Below are positions 23,495 through 36,204 of a DNA stretch of 64,000 nucleotides, piece after piece (the stretch's first letter is position 1; every line of letters starts with the position of its first letter). Source of the stretch: Heterodontus francisci. Its lineage: Eukaryota. Under the pieces are notes generated by a model. It was not told the DNA's origin, did no database searches, and saw only the letters and a program-made list of their open reading frames with translations. The DNA lies in assembly GCF_036365525.1 (NCBI RefSeq), contig NC_090400.1, positions 28,633,353-28,697,352 on the forward strand, given 5' to 3'. The translations under genes and the position numbers were made by a program.

Positions 23495-25294
23495 CGGCCT
23501 GTTTCTGTGCTGTGCATTTTATGTAACTTGTGGGAAATGCAACAGGGGGCAGGTTGACTCATCGATGCTAATCAACTTTTGATGCACAGCAAAATTACCA
23601 AATGCACAAAAAAGAACAGTTTACAACGTGAGTTGCATCCACTGAGTACTAAACGGTAAATTTTAATCCGACTAGTAAAACAAGCGCAGAATATGGGGAC
23701 CTGGAAAATGCAGTCAGTAACCGGAATGCTGCGCATACTAACATTACTTTCCCCCCCTACTGCATTTCATAAATTTTTAGCCAGAAAATATGTTTTCGTT
23801 TAATATCTCAGTCAGAACCTTATTTTTAGAAGGTATTAATAAATTTGTATCTTTTGTGATTTTTAAAAAAATCCCAGTGGGTAATTTAGCAAAGTTAATT
23901 TGATATAGAATTCTAAAATGTCCTTAAACAGAAAGTATTCCCAGGAGAAACGATTGTGCCAGGTCTGTCCCCACCCACAAGTGAATTTCTTTAACAATAT
24001 TTGGAATCTAGGGCTCTTGAATGTTATTTAACTTGGGGGCATGATCTAATCGGAGCAGCATGCATTTAAATGTTGTAATGACTACATTTGCAATGATTTC
24101 TTGAGGGTTAACCCGATGTTCTATCTATGCAGGTCCCAGCAGACTTTCAGTGTGTATATAGATTCAGATGTAATAAGGTCAGTGTTAATTAAGATAGTGT
24201 TAGTCACTCATTATTTTCAGCTTTAGGAAATCCCTCGGCTGATAAAGGACAGTGTATGAACTTCTGAATAATACATTTTTAATTTTCTTTCCTGTATTTT
24301 TACAAGGGAATAAAAGTTCTTTTTTTAAAAAGTATTTATTCCACTTGTTAAAAAACTTTGAATTTATTTTAACTGAACCCTTTGAAGAACTACAGTTGGA
24401 ATTTGCACTATAAATTTGACGATTATTTCAATTCGAAGAATGCAATGGGGGAATCCTCTGTACAATTTTGATTTTTTTTCCCTAATCTATTTCCATCTAT
24501 GAAACAAAGATGTAGACAGTAATATTAACCCATCAGAACTTGGGACTATTTCCTGCATGCTGGGAGTGAATGCACAGTCCATTTTACACAATTACTGATT
24601 CTATCAATATATTAAAGGATATCTGGAGCAAGCAGGGGGGTGGAACCAAATTAACTGACTCCTGGAGAAAAAGGGCACTGAGTTAATGGGCCAAATGGCC
24701 TGTTTCTGTGTTGTAACATTCCGTGATTCCAGGTAGACATGTAAGCAAACATCGAACCATCAGTTAGACTAAGCAGTGGTGGACGGAGAGAGCAAAAATG
24801 TATTTTCTTTTTCCCCCATATTATCTCTTAGGAATAGTTGATGCCTTGGCATTTCCAGTCTAATTAATCTTTCAATAAGAAAAAAAAAAGAATCGTTTCA
24901 AAGCTGTAGGGTATTTTATTCAGGTGGTTTGATTAATATAGTTTTAGGTACTGTACATCTTGAAAAAAATATTACCTTACTGCTTGGAATGTATTTATTG
25001 CAAGTTTAGGGCTTACTCTTAGGTTTAAAATAAAATGGAAACTGAGGGATCTAAGAAGCTGTAAAAAGTAAGACCATCCAAAATTACAGTCAAAGCTGAC
25101 AACAAAAGATAGAGGTCTGAGTATATTACATATATCAGTGAATTTTGGCAATGTCAAGGGAGCAATATCAGTATTGATGAATGAAACATTTTTCCATTTC
25201 AATCTATTAACTACCTAGATCAAATACTGTCAGGTTGGGTAAAGTACAGCCAAATGCAGAGTAAAGCTCCCTACATCAGCCACCCTATAAAACT

Positions 25295-25760
25295 ATAGAG
25301 ATTTATAGCGCAGAAGGAGGCCATTTGGCCCATCATGTCTGTGTTGGCTCCAAACTACAATAACCCAAAGTGACTGCCACTTCCTTGCTCTCCATAGCCC
25401 TGCTTCAAATGGTTATCTGCTTTTTCTTGAAATGGCTCTCCACCTCTCTTTCATTTCCTCCTTTAAGATGCTCCTGAATACCTAACTTTTTGAGCAAGCT
25501 TTTAGTCATCTGCTCTAATATCTCCCTACATGGCACAGTGTCATATTTTGTTTTATAATGCTCCTGTGAAGCATCTTGGGATGTTTTATTGTGTTAAATG
25601 TGCTATATAAATATAAGTTGTTGTTGTAGGTCTCTGCCTCAACTGCCTTCTATAGCAAAGCATTCCCTCAACTTTCTGTGTAAAGACTTTTCTGTTAACC
25701 TCTCTCATTCTTTTAATTGATGACCTCATGTTACCAATTTTCTAACTAGAGAAAATATTC
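25295..25760. mobile_element. Old CR1 3' end (minus) with nested L2 3' tail (plus, about 25432-25628)
   Basis: AGCGCAGAAGGAGGCCATTTGGCCC CR1 tail; CTCCTGTGAAGCATCTTGGGATGTTTT...TATAAATATAAGTTGTTGTTGT L2 tail. Confidence 0.7.
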
Positions 25761-26344
25761 TTTACTATTCACCCAATCCTTTTGAATTTGAATTGTTTAT
25801 GAAGGAATCATTTTAGTCTGGTAATTTATTTGAACAAAAATTAGAAATGATAAATCAGATTTGTATTAATTGTCACTAGAATAACCGTTAGAAGAAAAAA
25901 AACCAGCAGGATTACACTCCCACAATCTTAGCAGGAATCTGTGTTTGAAGGATCAGAGATAGGGCATCAACACTGTATCTCAACTTGTGCTCTCTTTGAG
26001 CAGAGTTCCCTGGCAGGACTGCGCGATTTAATGAATATGCCATTAAATTCTTTACCTCCTGAAATTCCTTTGTCAGGCATTTTTAATGAAAATGTTATGT
26101 TGAAAGAACCTGGTTTCAAGTCAAAAGTGGCCCGGTGAGATGTCTTGTGGACGATTCATATGGCATAAGAGCTGAGGCCTGTGATGTTTTTGGTAGTACA
26201 TGGCAGGTGGTTGGCTGTCCCTGCAAGGCTTGGCGAACCAGGGGACGCACCTCAGTCACAGCCTTCTTGCTGAGACCAAGTCACCTTATTCACTTACCCT
26301 CAGCCGGGTCCAAGTAGCTGACATATCATCTGGGGTAGTAGCTC

Positions 26345-26654
26345 ATAGATTGAAAAAGGCCCTTCGGCCCATCGAGTGTGCCAACCAACAACCACCCATT
26401 TGGACTAATCCTATATTCCCTACCACATCCCCACCATTCTCCTACCACCTACCTACACTAGGGGCAATTTATAATGGTCAATTTACCTATCAACCTGCAA
26501 GTCTTTGGCTGTGGGAGGAAACCGGAGCACCTGGCAGAAACTCACGCAGTCACAGGGAGAACTTGCAAACTCCGCACAGGCAGTACCCAGAATCGAACCC
26601 AGGTCGCTGGAGCTGTGAGGCTGCGGTGCTAACCACGACACCACTGTGCTGCTC
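26345..26654 (-). mobile_element. HE1-type V-SINE (tRNA head, V domain, CR1 tail)
   Basis: Minus strand GCAGCACAGTGG..GTGGTTAGCAC (A box), GGGTTCGATTC (B box), GGAGTTTGCAAGTTCTCCCTGTGACTGCGTG V core, GGGCCGAAGGGCC CR1-type tail. Confidence 0.9.
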
Positions 26655-27004
26655 CGCTGTTGTAGGTCTCTTTCTTCCTACACTTCCCTTACTCCCAATA
26701 TCTCTTCCTCTGGCTCTGCTGCAATATACTAACCAATGGTGTTCTTCAGCAGAAAACTCCTCTATACTATTCATTCCTCTCACTCTGTGCTAATAGATAT
26801 ATTTAGCTCAATAATAGCTTCAGGTCTGATCTGAAGTAAAATATTTATTTTTTGATATGAACCAATACCTGTAGAAAGCTGTATGAGTTCATCATTAATT
26901 ACTTTTAAAAGGGCCTGTAGTGAATTAAGTTGCCTTTTTTTCTTGTTTATGAATCGCCTTACTTTCTTTGGAGAGGTAGGAACTCTCAGAGCAGTTCCAA
27001 ATAC

Positions 27005-27846
27005 CAAGAACAAAAAAGAAGCATATCATCTAAATGGTGAGAGATTGCAGAGCTCTGAGAAAATAGGCGACATGTTTAGAGAGAGGATCTGGATTGGCGC
27101 AGGCTTGGAGGGCCGAAGGGCCTGTTCCTGTGCTGTAATTATCTTTGTTCTTTGTTCTTTATGCAGAGGGATCTGGGTGTCCTAGTGCATGAATCACAAA
27201 TGGTTAGTATGCAGGTACAGCACGTAATTAGGAAAGCTAATAGCATGTTATCGTTTATTGTGAGGGGAATTGAATACAAAAGTAGGGACATTGATGCGAC
27301 CACATCTGCAGTACTTTGTACAGTATTGGTCTCCTGATTTAAGGAAGGATATAAGTGTGTTGGGAGCAATTCAGAGAAGGTTTACCGGATGAATACCTGG
27401 AATGGGCAGGTTGTCTTACGAGGAAAGGTTGGACAGGCTAGGCTTGTATTTGTTGGAGTTTAGAAGAGTAGCAGACAACTTGATTGAAACATAAGATTCT
27501 GAGGGGTCTTGACAGGGTGGATGTGGGAGAATCTAGAATTAGCGGTCACAGTTTAAAAATAAGGGGTCGCCCACTTAAGACAGAGATGAGGAGAAATCTT
27601 TTCTCTTAGAGGGTCATGAGTCTTTGGAACTCTTGTCCTCAAAAGGCAGCGGAAGCAGAGTCTTTGAATATTTTTTAAGGCAGAGGTAGATAGATTCTTG
27701 ATAAGCAAGGGGGTGAAAGGTTATCGGGGGTAAGTGGGAATGTGGAGTTGAAGTTACAATCAGATCATCCATGATCTTATTAAATGGCAGAGCAGGCCCG
27801 AGGGGCCAAGTGGCCTACTTCTTTTCCTAATTCTTATGTTTGTATG
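27005..27846 (+). mobile_element. CR1 3' fragment with a nested CR1 tail of another family (27060-27160)
   Basis: QRDLGVLVHES..RKANSMLSFI..GIEYKS; host sequence AGCTCTGAG|ATGCAGAGGG is split by the insert. Confidence 0.9.
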
Positions 27847-28394
27847 TACCAACCAATCATCGGTTGGTCCTTTCTCCTGACATTTTCCACTCTATACTTG
27901 CATCTACTTTTTCACCAATAAAGGGTTATCAGGCCCAATATTTCTTGCTGTATAATAGCTGCAGAGAGGCAGGAGCAAAGTTTACTCTGAAACAGAAAGA
28001 TCAATGTGTCAGCTGGGACCGAGTTAATCTTTTTTCTGTTTCAGCTGCTGGCTGATCTGCTATCCATTTCCAATTCTTTTTAAACTTTATTCTGGATTTT
28101 CAGGGATTTGTGTGAATATATTGAATTACAGAGCATTGCTGACTGTTTCTGTGCCCATTGCTTTGTAATGTGGCTACTCCAGAGTGGAGGGACTTAGTGT
28201 AATCTTGAATATTATATAGCTGAAGGTTCTGAGCTGTGGTCCTCAATGGGAAGTCAGCTTGGGTGTTTTGTTTGAAGATACCTGGGGCAGTTATGTTTTC
28301 CCTCTTTTCTGTTTGTAATTACTTGGCTTTTGAAGGATGATGTCCTTGTTTCCAATGCATCACAACATTTAATAGTTGCTTACCACTTCAAATT

Positions 28395-31300
28395 ATTCCG
28401 TTCTTCTATTCTTCCTACCAAAGTGAATAATCTCACATTTCCCCACATTGGGCAAGAAGATGCCAGATGGAGTACAATCACTTAATCTATCTACATCCCT
28501 TTGCAGACTCCTATGTCCTCCTTACAGCTTACTTTCCCACAAAGTATTGCATTGTTAGCAAATTTGGATATATCACACTCAGTCCCTTCATCTAAGTAAA
28601 TAGCCAAGGCTCCAACACTGATCCTGCAGCTGCCCACTAGTAACAGCCAGCCAACTTGAAAATGACCCATTTAGTCCTGCTGTCTTGTCCTTTCACTGAT
28701 CCTCTGTCCATGCTAATATATTACCCCCACCCCATGAGCCGTTATCTTATGTAACAACCTTTTGTGTGGCACCTTATCAAATATCTTTTGAAAATCCAAA
28801 TATACTACATCCACTGATTCCGCTGTATCTAAAGTGCTCTAAACTCTAAGAGAATTGTCAAACATGATTTCCCTTTCATAAAAGCATGTTGACTCTGCCT
28901 GATAATATTATGATTTTCTAAGTGCTTATTACCATTTCCTTAGTAATGAATTTAAGTGTTTTCCTGATGACTGATGCCAGGCTAACTTCCCTGTAATTTC
29001 CAGTTTTCCCTCGTCTTCCTTTCTTGAATAGTGGTGTTACATTTGCTACCTTCCAATCCACGGGAACCATTCCAGAATCTAGGGAATTTTTGAAGATCAC
29101 AACCAGTATATCCACTATTGCTGCAGCTACCTTTGTTAGAACTCTAGGATGCAGGCCATCTAGCCCAGGGGATTTGTCAGTTTTTAACCCATTGTTCTTA
29201 ATTGCTCTTTCTTTACTAATTTTGATTAATTTCAGTTCCTCACTCTTGTTAGATCCTAGGTTCCTCACCATTTTTGGAATGCTTTTTAAAAATCTTATAC
29301 TGTGAAGACAGATACAAAATATTTGTTTAAAGTATCTGCCATTTCCTTGTTCCCCATTATAATTTCTCCTGTATCAGCCTTTAAGGGACCCACTTTTACT
29401 TTCAGTACTCTCTTCCTTTTACATACTTGTAGAGGTTCTTACAATCTGCTTTTACATTTCTTGCTATTTTACTCACCTTATTTTCTCCTTTATCAATTTT
29501 TTTGTCATCTTTTGCTGGTTTCTAAAACTCTCGCAATCCTCAGACTTGTTACTCATCTTGGCAACATTATAAGTTTCTTTTAATCGAGTACTATCCTTAA
29601 CCTCTTTAGGTAGCCATGGCAGATCACTTCCTCTGTAGAGCTTTTATTTCATAACGGAATGTAAAATCGTTGTGAATTATGAAATATTGCTTTAAATGTT
29701 TGTCATTGATTATCTACAAGCATATCTTTCAATATAATTTATCAATCTACTTTAGCTAACTTTCCCTCATGCCTACATAATTGGCTTTATTTAAGTTTAA
29801 GACTCCAGTTTCGGACTTAAGTACATCACTGTCGACATCACTGTGAAATTCATCATATTATGATCACTCATTCCTAGAGGATCCCTTACTATGAGGTTAC
29901 TAATTAACCGTCTCATTACATAAGACATGATCTAAAATAGCCTGTTGCCTGGTTGGGTCCACAACATATTGTTCTATGAAACAGTCTCAAATGTATTCCA
30001 TGAGCTCATCCTCCAATTTTGCCAATTCGATTTGTCCAGTCGAGATGAAGATTAAAATCCCCCATGATTATTGCATTGCCTTTGTTAGAACCGCCTCTTA
30101 GTTCTTGATTTCTGCTTTGTTATTTCTAATCTCCACCCATACTGATTTCTACTTCCTGATCTTCCAAGCCAAGATCCTTCCTCACTACTGTCCTTTTGTC
30201 ATCCTTTATTATCAGGCTGTCCCTCCTCTTTTTTTTTCCATTTTGTCTGTCTATTCGAAATGTCAAGTTATTCTGGAATATTTCATTCCCAACCTTGGTC
30301 GCTGTGCAACCACATCTCTGTAATGGTTATTAGATCAAACCCATTGATCTCTATTTGTGCCTTTAATTCTTATGTATTGTTACGAATGCTTTGTGCATTC
30401 AGATAAAGCATCTCTAATTTTAACATTTTACCATTTTTTCCTGATTTGACCTTATTAACTGATGCATTTTTACCATTAAACTCTCTGTCCCTTCCTGTCA
30501 CACTCTCTTTATCTTTGACCAAATTGCTACGTTGCTGTATGGCTTTGATTTTTTTTAGATTTATACATTTCCCCCTCACTGGAACCCTCAACCCCCTCCA
30601 TCTTTTTAGTTTAAAGCCATATCTATAACCCTAGTTATCTGATTTGTCAGAACACTTTTCCCAGCTTGTTTTAAGTGGAGTCCATCCAACAGAACAGCTC
30701 CCTCTTTCTCCAGTACTGAATCCAGAGCCCAGGAATCGAAAACCGTGTCTCCCACACCACTCTTTGAGCCACGCATTCAACTCTCTAACCTGTTTGACCC
30801 TATGCCAATTTGCACATGGCTCAGGTAGTAATCCAGAGATTATTATCTTTGAGGTTCTGCTTTTTAATTTATGCCCTAACTCCTCAAACTCCCTTAGCAG
30901 AACCTCATTCTTAGTTCTGCCTGTGTCATTGCTTTCTACATGAACCATGGCAACTGGATCCTCCCCTTCCCAGTCCAAGTTCTTCTCCAACAACGAGGAG
31001 ATATACTTAACCCTGGCACTGGGCAGGCAACACAACCTTCGGAACTCAAGTTTGCAGCTGCAAGGAACAGTATCTAACAGTAACGGTTCTGATGAAAGGT
31101 CATCGACCTGAAGTGTTAACTCTGTTTGTCCCTCCACGAAGACTGGTAGACCTGTTCAGTATTTTCAGCAGTATCTGTCCACCTGATTATACTGTCCTCT
31201 AACACTCCCACATTCCTTTGTACTCCTCCAACTTGAATGACCTCCTGTATCATGGGTGCCATGATCAATTTGCCCATCCAGCCTGCAGTCTTTGTTTACA

Positions 31301-31680
31301 TCCATACAGGTAGCAAATACCTCACACCTGTTGGCCAAGGTCAAAGGCTCTTCCATCACTGCATTCTGGATCCCCATACTTGCCCGACTTTCAGTCACAT
31401 CCTCCTGTCCCTAACTACTGACCAATTTTAAACTACTACCTAAGCTAAGGGCCTTTTAGATCAAAGTGTCCCGATAACTCTTTCCCCCCCCCCCCACCAC
31501 CCCACCCCCCCATCTCCCTGTCTGCAGCTCGTACTGTAGCTCAACAACTCTCAGCTGAAATTCGTTGAGTTTCAGACAGTTACTGCCGATGTGGTTGCTG
31601 GGGTTCTCACTGGTTTCCACCAACTCCCTCATGGTGCATTTCTGACACATCACTTGCCCTGTCATCCCTATCTAACCTTG
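28395..31680 (-). mobile_element. Decayed CR1 with ORF1 (zinc finger, esterase), endonuclease and part of RT
   Basis: MTGQVMCQKCTM (31456-31665); VHVESNDTG..IISGLLP..LNAWLKEWC (30631-31137); YLNAQSIRN; KSPGLDGLHPRVL..WKVANVTPLFKKG. Confidence 0.9.
31076..31168 (+). mobile_element. Short Penelope 3' tail nested in CR1 ORF1, 8-bp TSD
   Basis: TTCTGATGAAAGGTCATCGACCTGAAGTGTTAACTCTG resembles 34299-34336. CAGTATCT at 31068-31075 and 31169-31176. Confidence 0.8.
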
Positions 31681-32403
31681 TTTAGTATATTTAATTAATA
31701 TGCTTTATATATAGTATGTTTTATATATGTCCCTGGGCTAGGGTAGGATAAACATCAACTGCTCCTGATCACCATCCTTTCACCCATGCTGGAAAATATA
31801 TGGGTGACAGGTGAGGACAAGAACGGGCTTGGTGACGGTGTTCCTCTGATCAAATAGTCTGGTGATATTTATTTACTGTCTAATTCTGAATGACCGCCTG
31901 GGCAAAGAACTAGAGGGCTTCATTTGTCCATGGACTGTATCCTCATAGGAATTATTGCCTCAGGAATGAAACAGTAGGTGATGAAAATCAGATGGAAATT
32001 GAGAAAAGAACAAAATAGTTTTTTGTCTTTCCCACTGGCACAATCCACTTTGTTTAGAGAATAAACATTGGCGACCAAGACGCAGTCAGATTTATGGCTA
32101 AGTTCTAGGCTATTCCAGTGCTGTGGAATTTTTTTCAGGAAAATAATAATATGTGAAGAATCTCAACATAAACTGAGAGTGGTGAGATAACATCAAAGTG
32201 ACTTTCTGTATTGATTCAAGTTTATTGGATAGACTTGGTCAACACCCAATACTAAATCAGATAGACATAAACACAGACTAATTATGGATCTCCATAGATG
32301 TGAAATGAATGGTCCTTTGATCAGCCAACTCTTCTCAAAATGGTTAAAATAAATTCAGGTGCCTTTTTGCTTCCTGTACGTACTTCACACAGTCTTTACC
32401 ACA

Positions 32404-32722
32404 TTTTATTTTTATTCGTTCATGGGATGTGAGTGCCGCTGGCATAGCCAGCAATTTTTTCCCCATCCCTAATAGCCCTCGAACAAGTAGTGGTGAGTCC
32501 CCTTCTTGAACCACTGCTGTCCATGTGGTGTAGATACATCCACGGTGCTGTTAGGAAGGGAATTCCAGGATTTTGACCCAGTGATAGAGAAGGAATGGCG
32601 ATATAGTTTCAAGTCAGGATGGTGTGTCACTTGGAGGGGAACTTGCAGGTGGTGTTCCTATGCATCTGCTGCTCTAGTCCTTTTAGGTGGTAGAGGTCGC
32701 GGGTTTGAAAGGTGCTGTCGAA
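32404..32722 (-). mobile_element. Family B LINE 3' end
   Basis: CATGGGATGTG...CCCATCCCTAAT...TTCCAGGATTTTGACCCAG is colinear with 36207-36520. Confidence 0.9.
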
Positions 32723-32723
32723 G

Positions 32724-34398
32724 GTGGGGTCATGGTCCAGAGGGAGGTAGGAAGAGGCCCAACCAGTCCCCATGGGTACCCGCATGGGTCCTAGTTATGC
32801 CTGTCTTTTTGTGGGATATGTCAAGCATTCTTTGTTCCAGTCCTACTCAGGCCCCCTCCCCCAACTCTTTTTCTGGTACATTGATGGCTGTATCGGTGCC
32901 GTTTCCTGCTCCCGCACCGAACTAGAAAACTTTATCAACTTTGCTTCCAATTTCCACCCTTCTCTCACCTTTACATGGTCCATCTCTGACACGTCCCTTC
33001 CCTTCCTCGACTTCTCTGTCTCCATCTCTGGGGATAGGTTGTCTACCAATATCCATTATAAGCCCACCGACTCCCACAGCTACCTTGACTACACTTCTTC
33101 ACACCCTACCTCCTGTAAGGACTCCATTCCATTCTCCCAGTATCTCCGTCTCCGACGCATCTGCTCTGATGATGCTACCTTCCATGACGGTGCTTCTGAT
33201 ATGACCTCCTTTTTCCTCAACCGAGGATTTCCCCCCACTGTGGTTGACAGGGCCCTCAACCGTGTCCGACTCATTCCCCGCACCTCTACCCTCACCCCTT
33301 CCCCTCCCTCCCAGAACCGTGACAGGGTTCCCCTTGTCCTCACTTTTCATCCCACCAGCCTCCATATCCAAAGGATCATCCTCCGCCATTTTCGCCACCT
33401 CCAGCGTGATGCCACTACCAGTCGCATCTTCCCCTCCCTTCCCCTGTCAGCATTCCGAAGGGATCGTTCCCTCCGTGACACCCTGGTCCACTCCTCCATT
33501 ACCCCCACCACCTCGTCCCTGTCCCAGGGCACCTTCCCCTGCAATCGCAGGAGGTGTAATACCTGCCCATTTACCTCCTCTCTCCTCACTATCCCAGGCC
33601 CCAAACACTCCTTTCAGGTGAAGCAGCGATTTACTTGTACTTCTTTCAATGTAGTATACTGTATTCGCTGCTCACAGTGTGGTCTCCTCTACATTGGGGA
33701 GACCAAGCGCAGACTGGGTGACCGCTTTGCGGAACATCTCCGCTCAGTCCGCAAGCAGGACCCTGAGCTTCCGGTTGCTTGCCATTTCAACACTCCCCCC
33801 CTGCTCTCATGCTCACATCTCTGTCCTGGGATTGCTGCAGTGTTCCAGTGAACATCAATGCAAGCTCGAGGAACAGCATCTCATCTACTGATTAGGCACC
33901 CTACAGCCTGCCGGACTGAACATTGAGTTCAATTATTTCAGAGCATGACAGCCCTCCATTTTACTTTCATTTTTAGTTATTTTTTCTTCCTTTTTTTTTT
34001 ATATTCTTTTTTTGCATTTATTTCATTTCATCTTAGTTTGTTCAGTTTGCTTACCCACTGTTTTTTTCAGGTTTTTTTTCAGGTTTGCACTTGCTGCTGT
34101 TCAATATTCAGTGTATTCACACCTAATCTGTACTAATGCTTTGTCTTTCAACACACCATTAACATATTGTTTGCCTTTGCTCCGTGACCTTTTGGTCAGC
34201 TATGTGGCCTGGTCCAATCTGCACCTTCTCCTTTGTTATCTCTTGCCCCACCCCCACCTCACTTGCTTATAATCTGTGACTTTTCTAATATTTGTCAGTT
34301 CCGAAGAAGGGTCACTGACCCGAAACGTTAACTCTGCTTCTCTTTCCACAGATGCTGCCAGACCTGCTGAGTGATTCCAGCATTTCTTGTTTTTGTTT
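32724..34398 (+). mobile_element. Penelope-like element, 5'-truncated: RT C-terminal half plus GIY-YIG endonuclease and 3' tail
   Basis: ORF 32772-33851: MGTRMGPSYACLF, WYIDG (degenerate YIDD), LPFLD, HYKPTD, NVVYCIRCSQCGLLYIGETKRRLGDRFAEH; frameshift near 33800. Confidence 0.95.
34296..34334 (+). ncRNA. Minimal hammerhead-ribozyme-like motif in the Penelope tail (variant core)
   Basis: AGTT-CCGAAGA-A-GGGTC-ACT-GACCC-GAAA-CGTT-AACT: stem I, CUGANGA-like core, stem II, GAAA and palindromic AACGTT. Confidence 0.55.
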
Positions 34399-34416
34399 AA
34401 TATTTTTTATGCTTTC

Positions 34417-34926
34417 TGTTACGACCAGGTGAGAAAGGGGTTTAGGGGTTCCCTGTCAGCCTTTTCCTGGTTTGACTGTAACAGGGTTTAATTTTTAAAA
34501 CACCGTGTTTTTAGCTTCCCCTCAGTGAATCCTTGTTCACTACTCTCTAATTGTAATGGCAAAGAAATCAACCAGACAGGTTTTCTTAGATTTAAACAAG
34601 AAAAGTGTAAGTTTATTAACCTTAAAACTCTCTAATTCGGTTAAAACTACTAAAAATACGTGACGCAACCATGCAAGCATGCATGTGCGATAAACACACA
34701 CGCAGATAGAGACAGAAAAGGAGAAAGAATCAAGGGGAAAGGTTTGAAGTAATAACTGGTGTTCATTTACTGTCTTTTTAATTTGATGTAAAGTCTTTGA
34801 TTGCAGTTCGATCTTGCTGTCTCATTGGGGCCCAGTACACTCTCAAACTTGTTTCAATGGTTTTCTGTCTTGTTGAAATCCCATTGCAGTTTCTTTCTTT
34901 CGTGAGAGAGAGAGAGAGAGCGAGAC
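34417..34926 (-). mobile_element. Partial solo LTR truncated by CR1
   Basis: Begins TGTTACGACC like the LTR at 45858; TTTATT (AATAAA on minus) at about 34612; similar organisation. Confidence 0.6.
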
Positions 34927-35895
34927 AGGGATGAGTTGGATCTTGGAATACAGAGTAGAATCTCAAAATTTGCTGTCGACACCAAACTTAGAGGTGAGGC
35001 AAACAGTGAGGATGATATGAACAGCCTGCAACAGGACATAGATAAGCTAGCAGAATTGGCAGAGAGGTGGCAGATGGAATTTAATACTGACAAGTGTAAG
35101 GTGATGCATTTTGGCAGAAGGTTTAGGAAGAGGCAATATAGACTTAATAGCACAGTTCTAAAGAGTGTGCAGGAACAGAGGGACCTGGGGGTGCATATGC
35201 ATCGATCTTTGAAGGTGGCAGGACATATTGAGAGAGTGGTTAGTAAAGCATATGGGATCTTGGGCGTTATAAATAGAGGCATTGAACACAAAAGCAGGGA
35301 AGTTATGCTGAACCTGTATAAAGATCTGGTTAGGCCCCAACTCGAGTACTGCATCCAGTTCTGGTCACCACACTTTCGGAAGGATGTGAGGGCCTTTGAG
35401 AGGGTACAGAGGAGATTTACCACAATGGTTCCAGGAATGGAGAAATTTAATTACAAGGTTAGGTTGGAAAAGCTGGGTTTGTTCTCCTTAGAACAAAGGA
35501 GATTGAGGGGAGATTTACTGGAAGTGTACAATATTATAGCAGGCTTAGATAAGTTAGACAAAGAAAAGCTGTTCCCATTAACAAATGGTGTAAGGACTAG
35601 GGGACAGAGATTGAAGGTTTTGGGCAAAAGATGCAGGGGGAATATGAGGAAGCACTTTTTTTTAATCCAGTGGGTGGTAATGACCTAGAACTCACTGCCC
35701 ACAAGGGTGGTGGAAGCGGAGACACTCAATGACTTCAAGAGGAAGTTGGATGGCCACCTGACAGAAATAGACTTGCAGGGCTACGGGGATTGAGCCGGGG
35801 AGTGGGACTGACTGCATAGCTCCGTGGAGAGCCGGCATGGACACGATGGGCCGAATGGCTGCTTTCTGTGTCGTAAATAAAGGACTCTATGACTC
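34927..35895 (+). mobile_element. CR1 3' fragment
   Basis: ORF 34936-35688: KFAVDTKL, WQMEFN, RPQLEYCIQFW, RRLRGDL; GACTCTATGACTC tail. Confidence 0.95.
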
Positions 35896-36204
35896 ATCTT
35901 GACTCTCAGTGGAACCTTAGCATTTAATGTAACACCTTGTGTTGGTAAGATAGCTGATTATTTAAAAATTATACATATTCAATGAACCCTAATGCAAGCA
36001 ATAAGCCTCTGAAATAGTTATTTTAGTCAATTAAATCAAAACCTTCTTCGCAGATTAAGTGACTGTTTAAAAAATTAATTCTAGAAACATATATTTGGAA
36101 TATTTTGATCTGCTATAGATGTACATCGATGCTGGTGCAGATTTAAGCAAGGTTCTCCAAGAGACATATAAATGGAGTACAGTAGGATCTGATTAAAAGT
36201 TCTT

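Noticed and set aside
26256-26281. 20/26 match to the U2 snRNA 5' end (TCTCGGCCTTTTGGCTAAGATCAAGT)
   Set aside because: Too short, does not extend into the branch-recognition sequence, and is plausible by chance.
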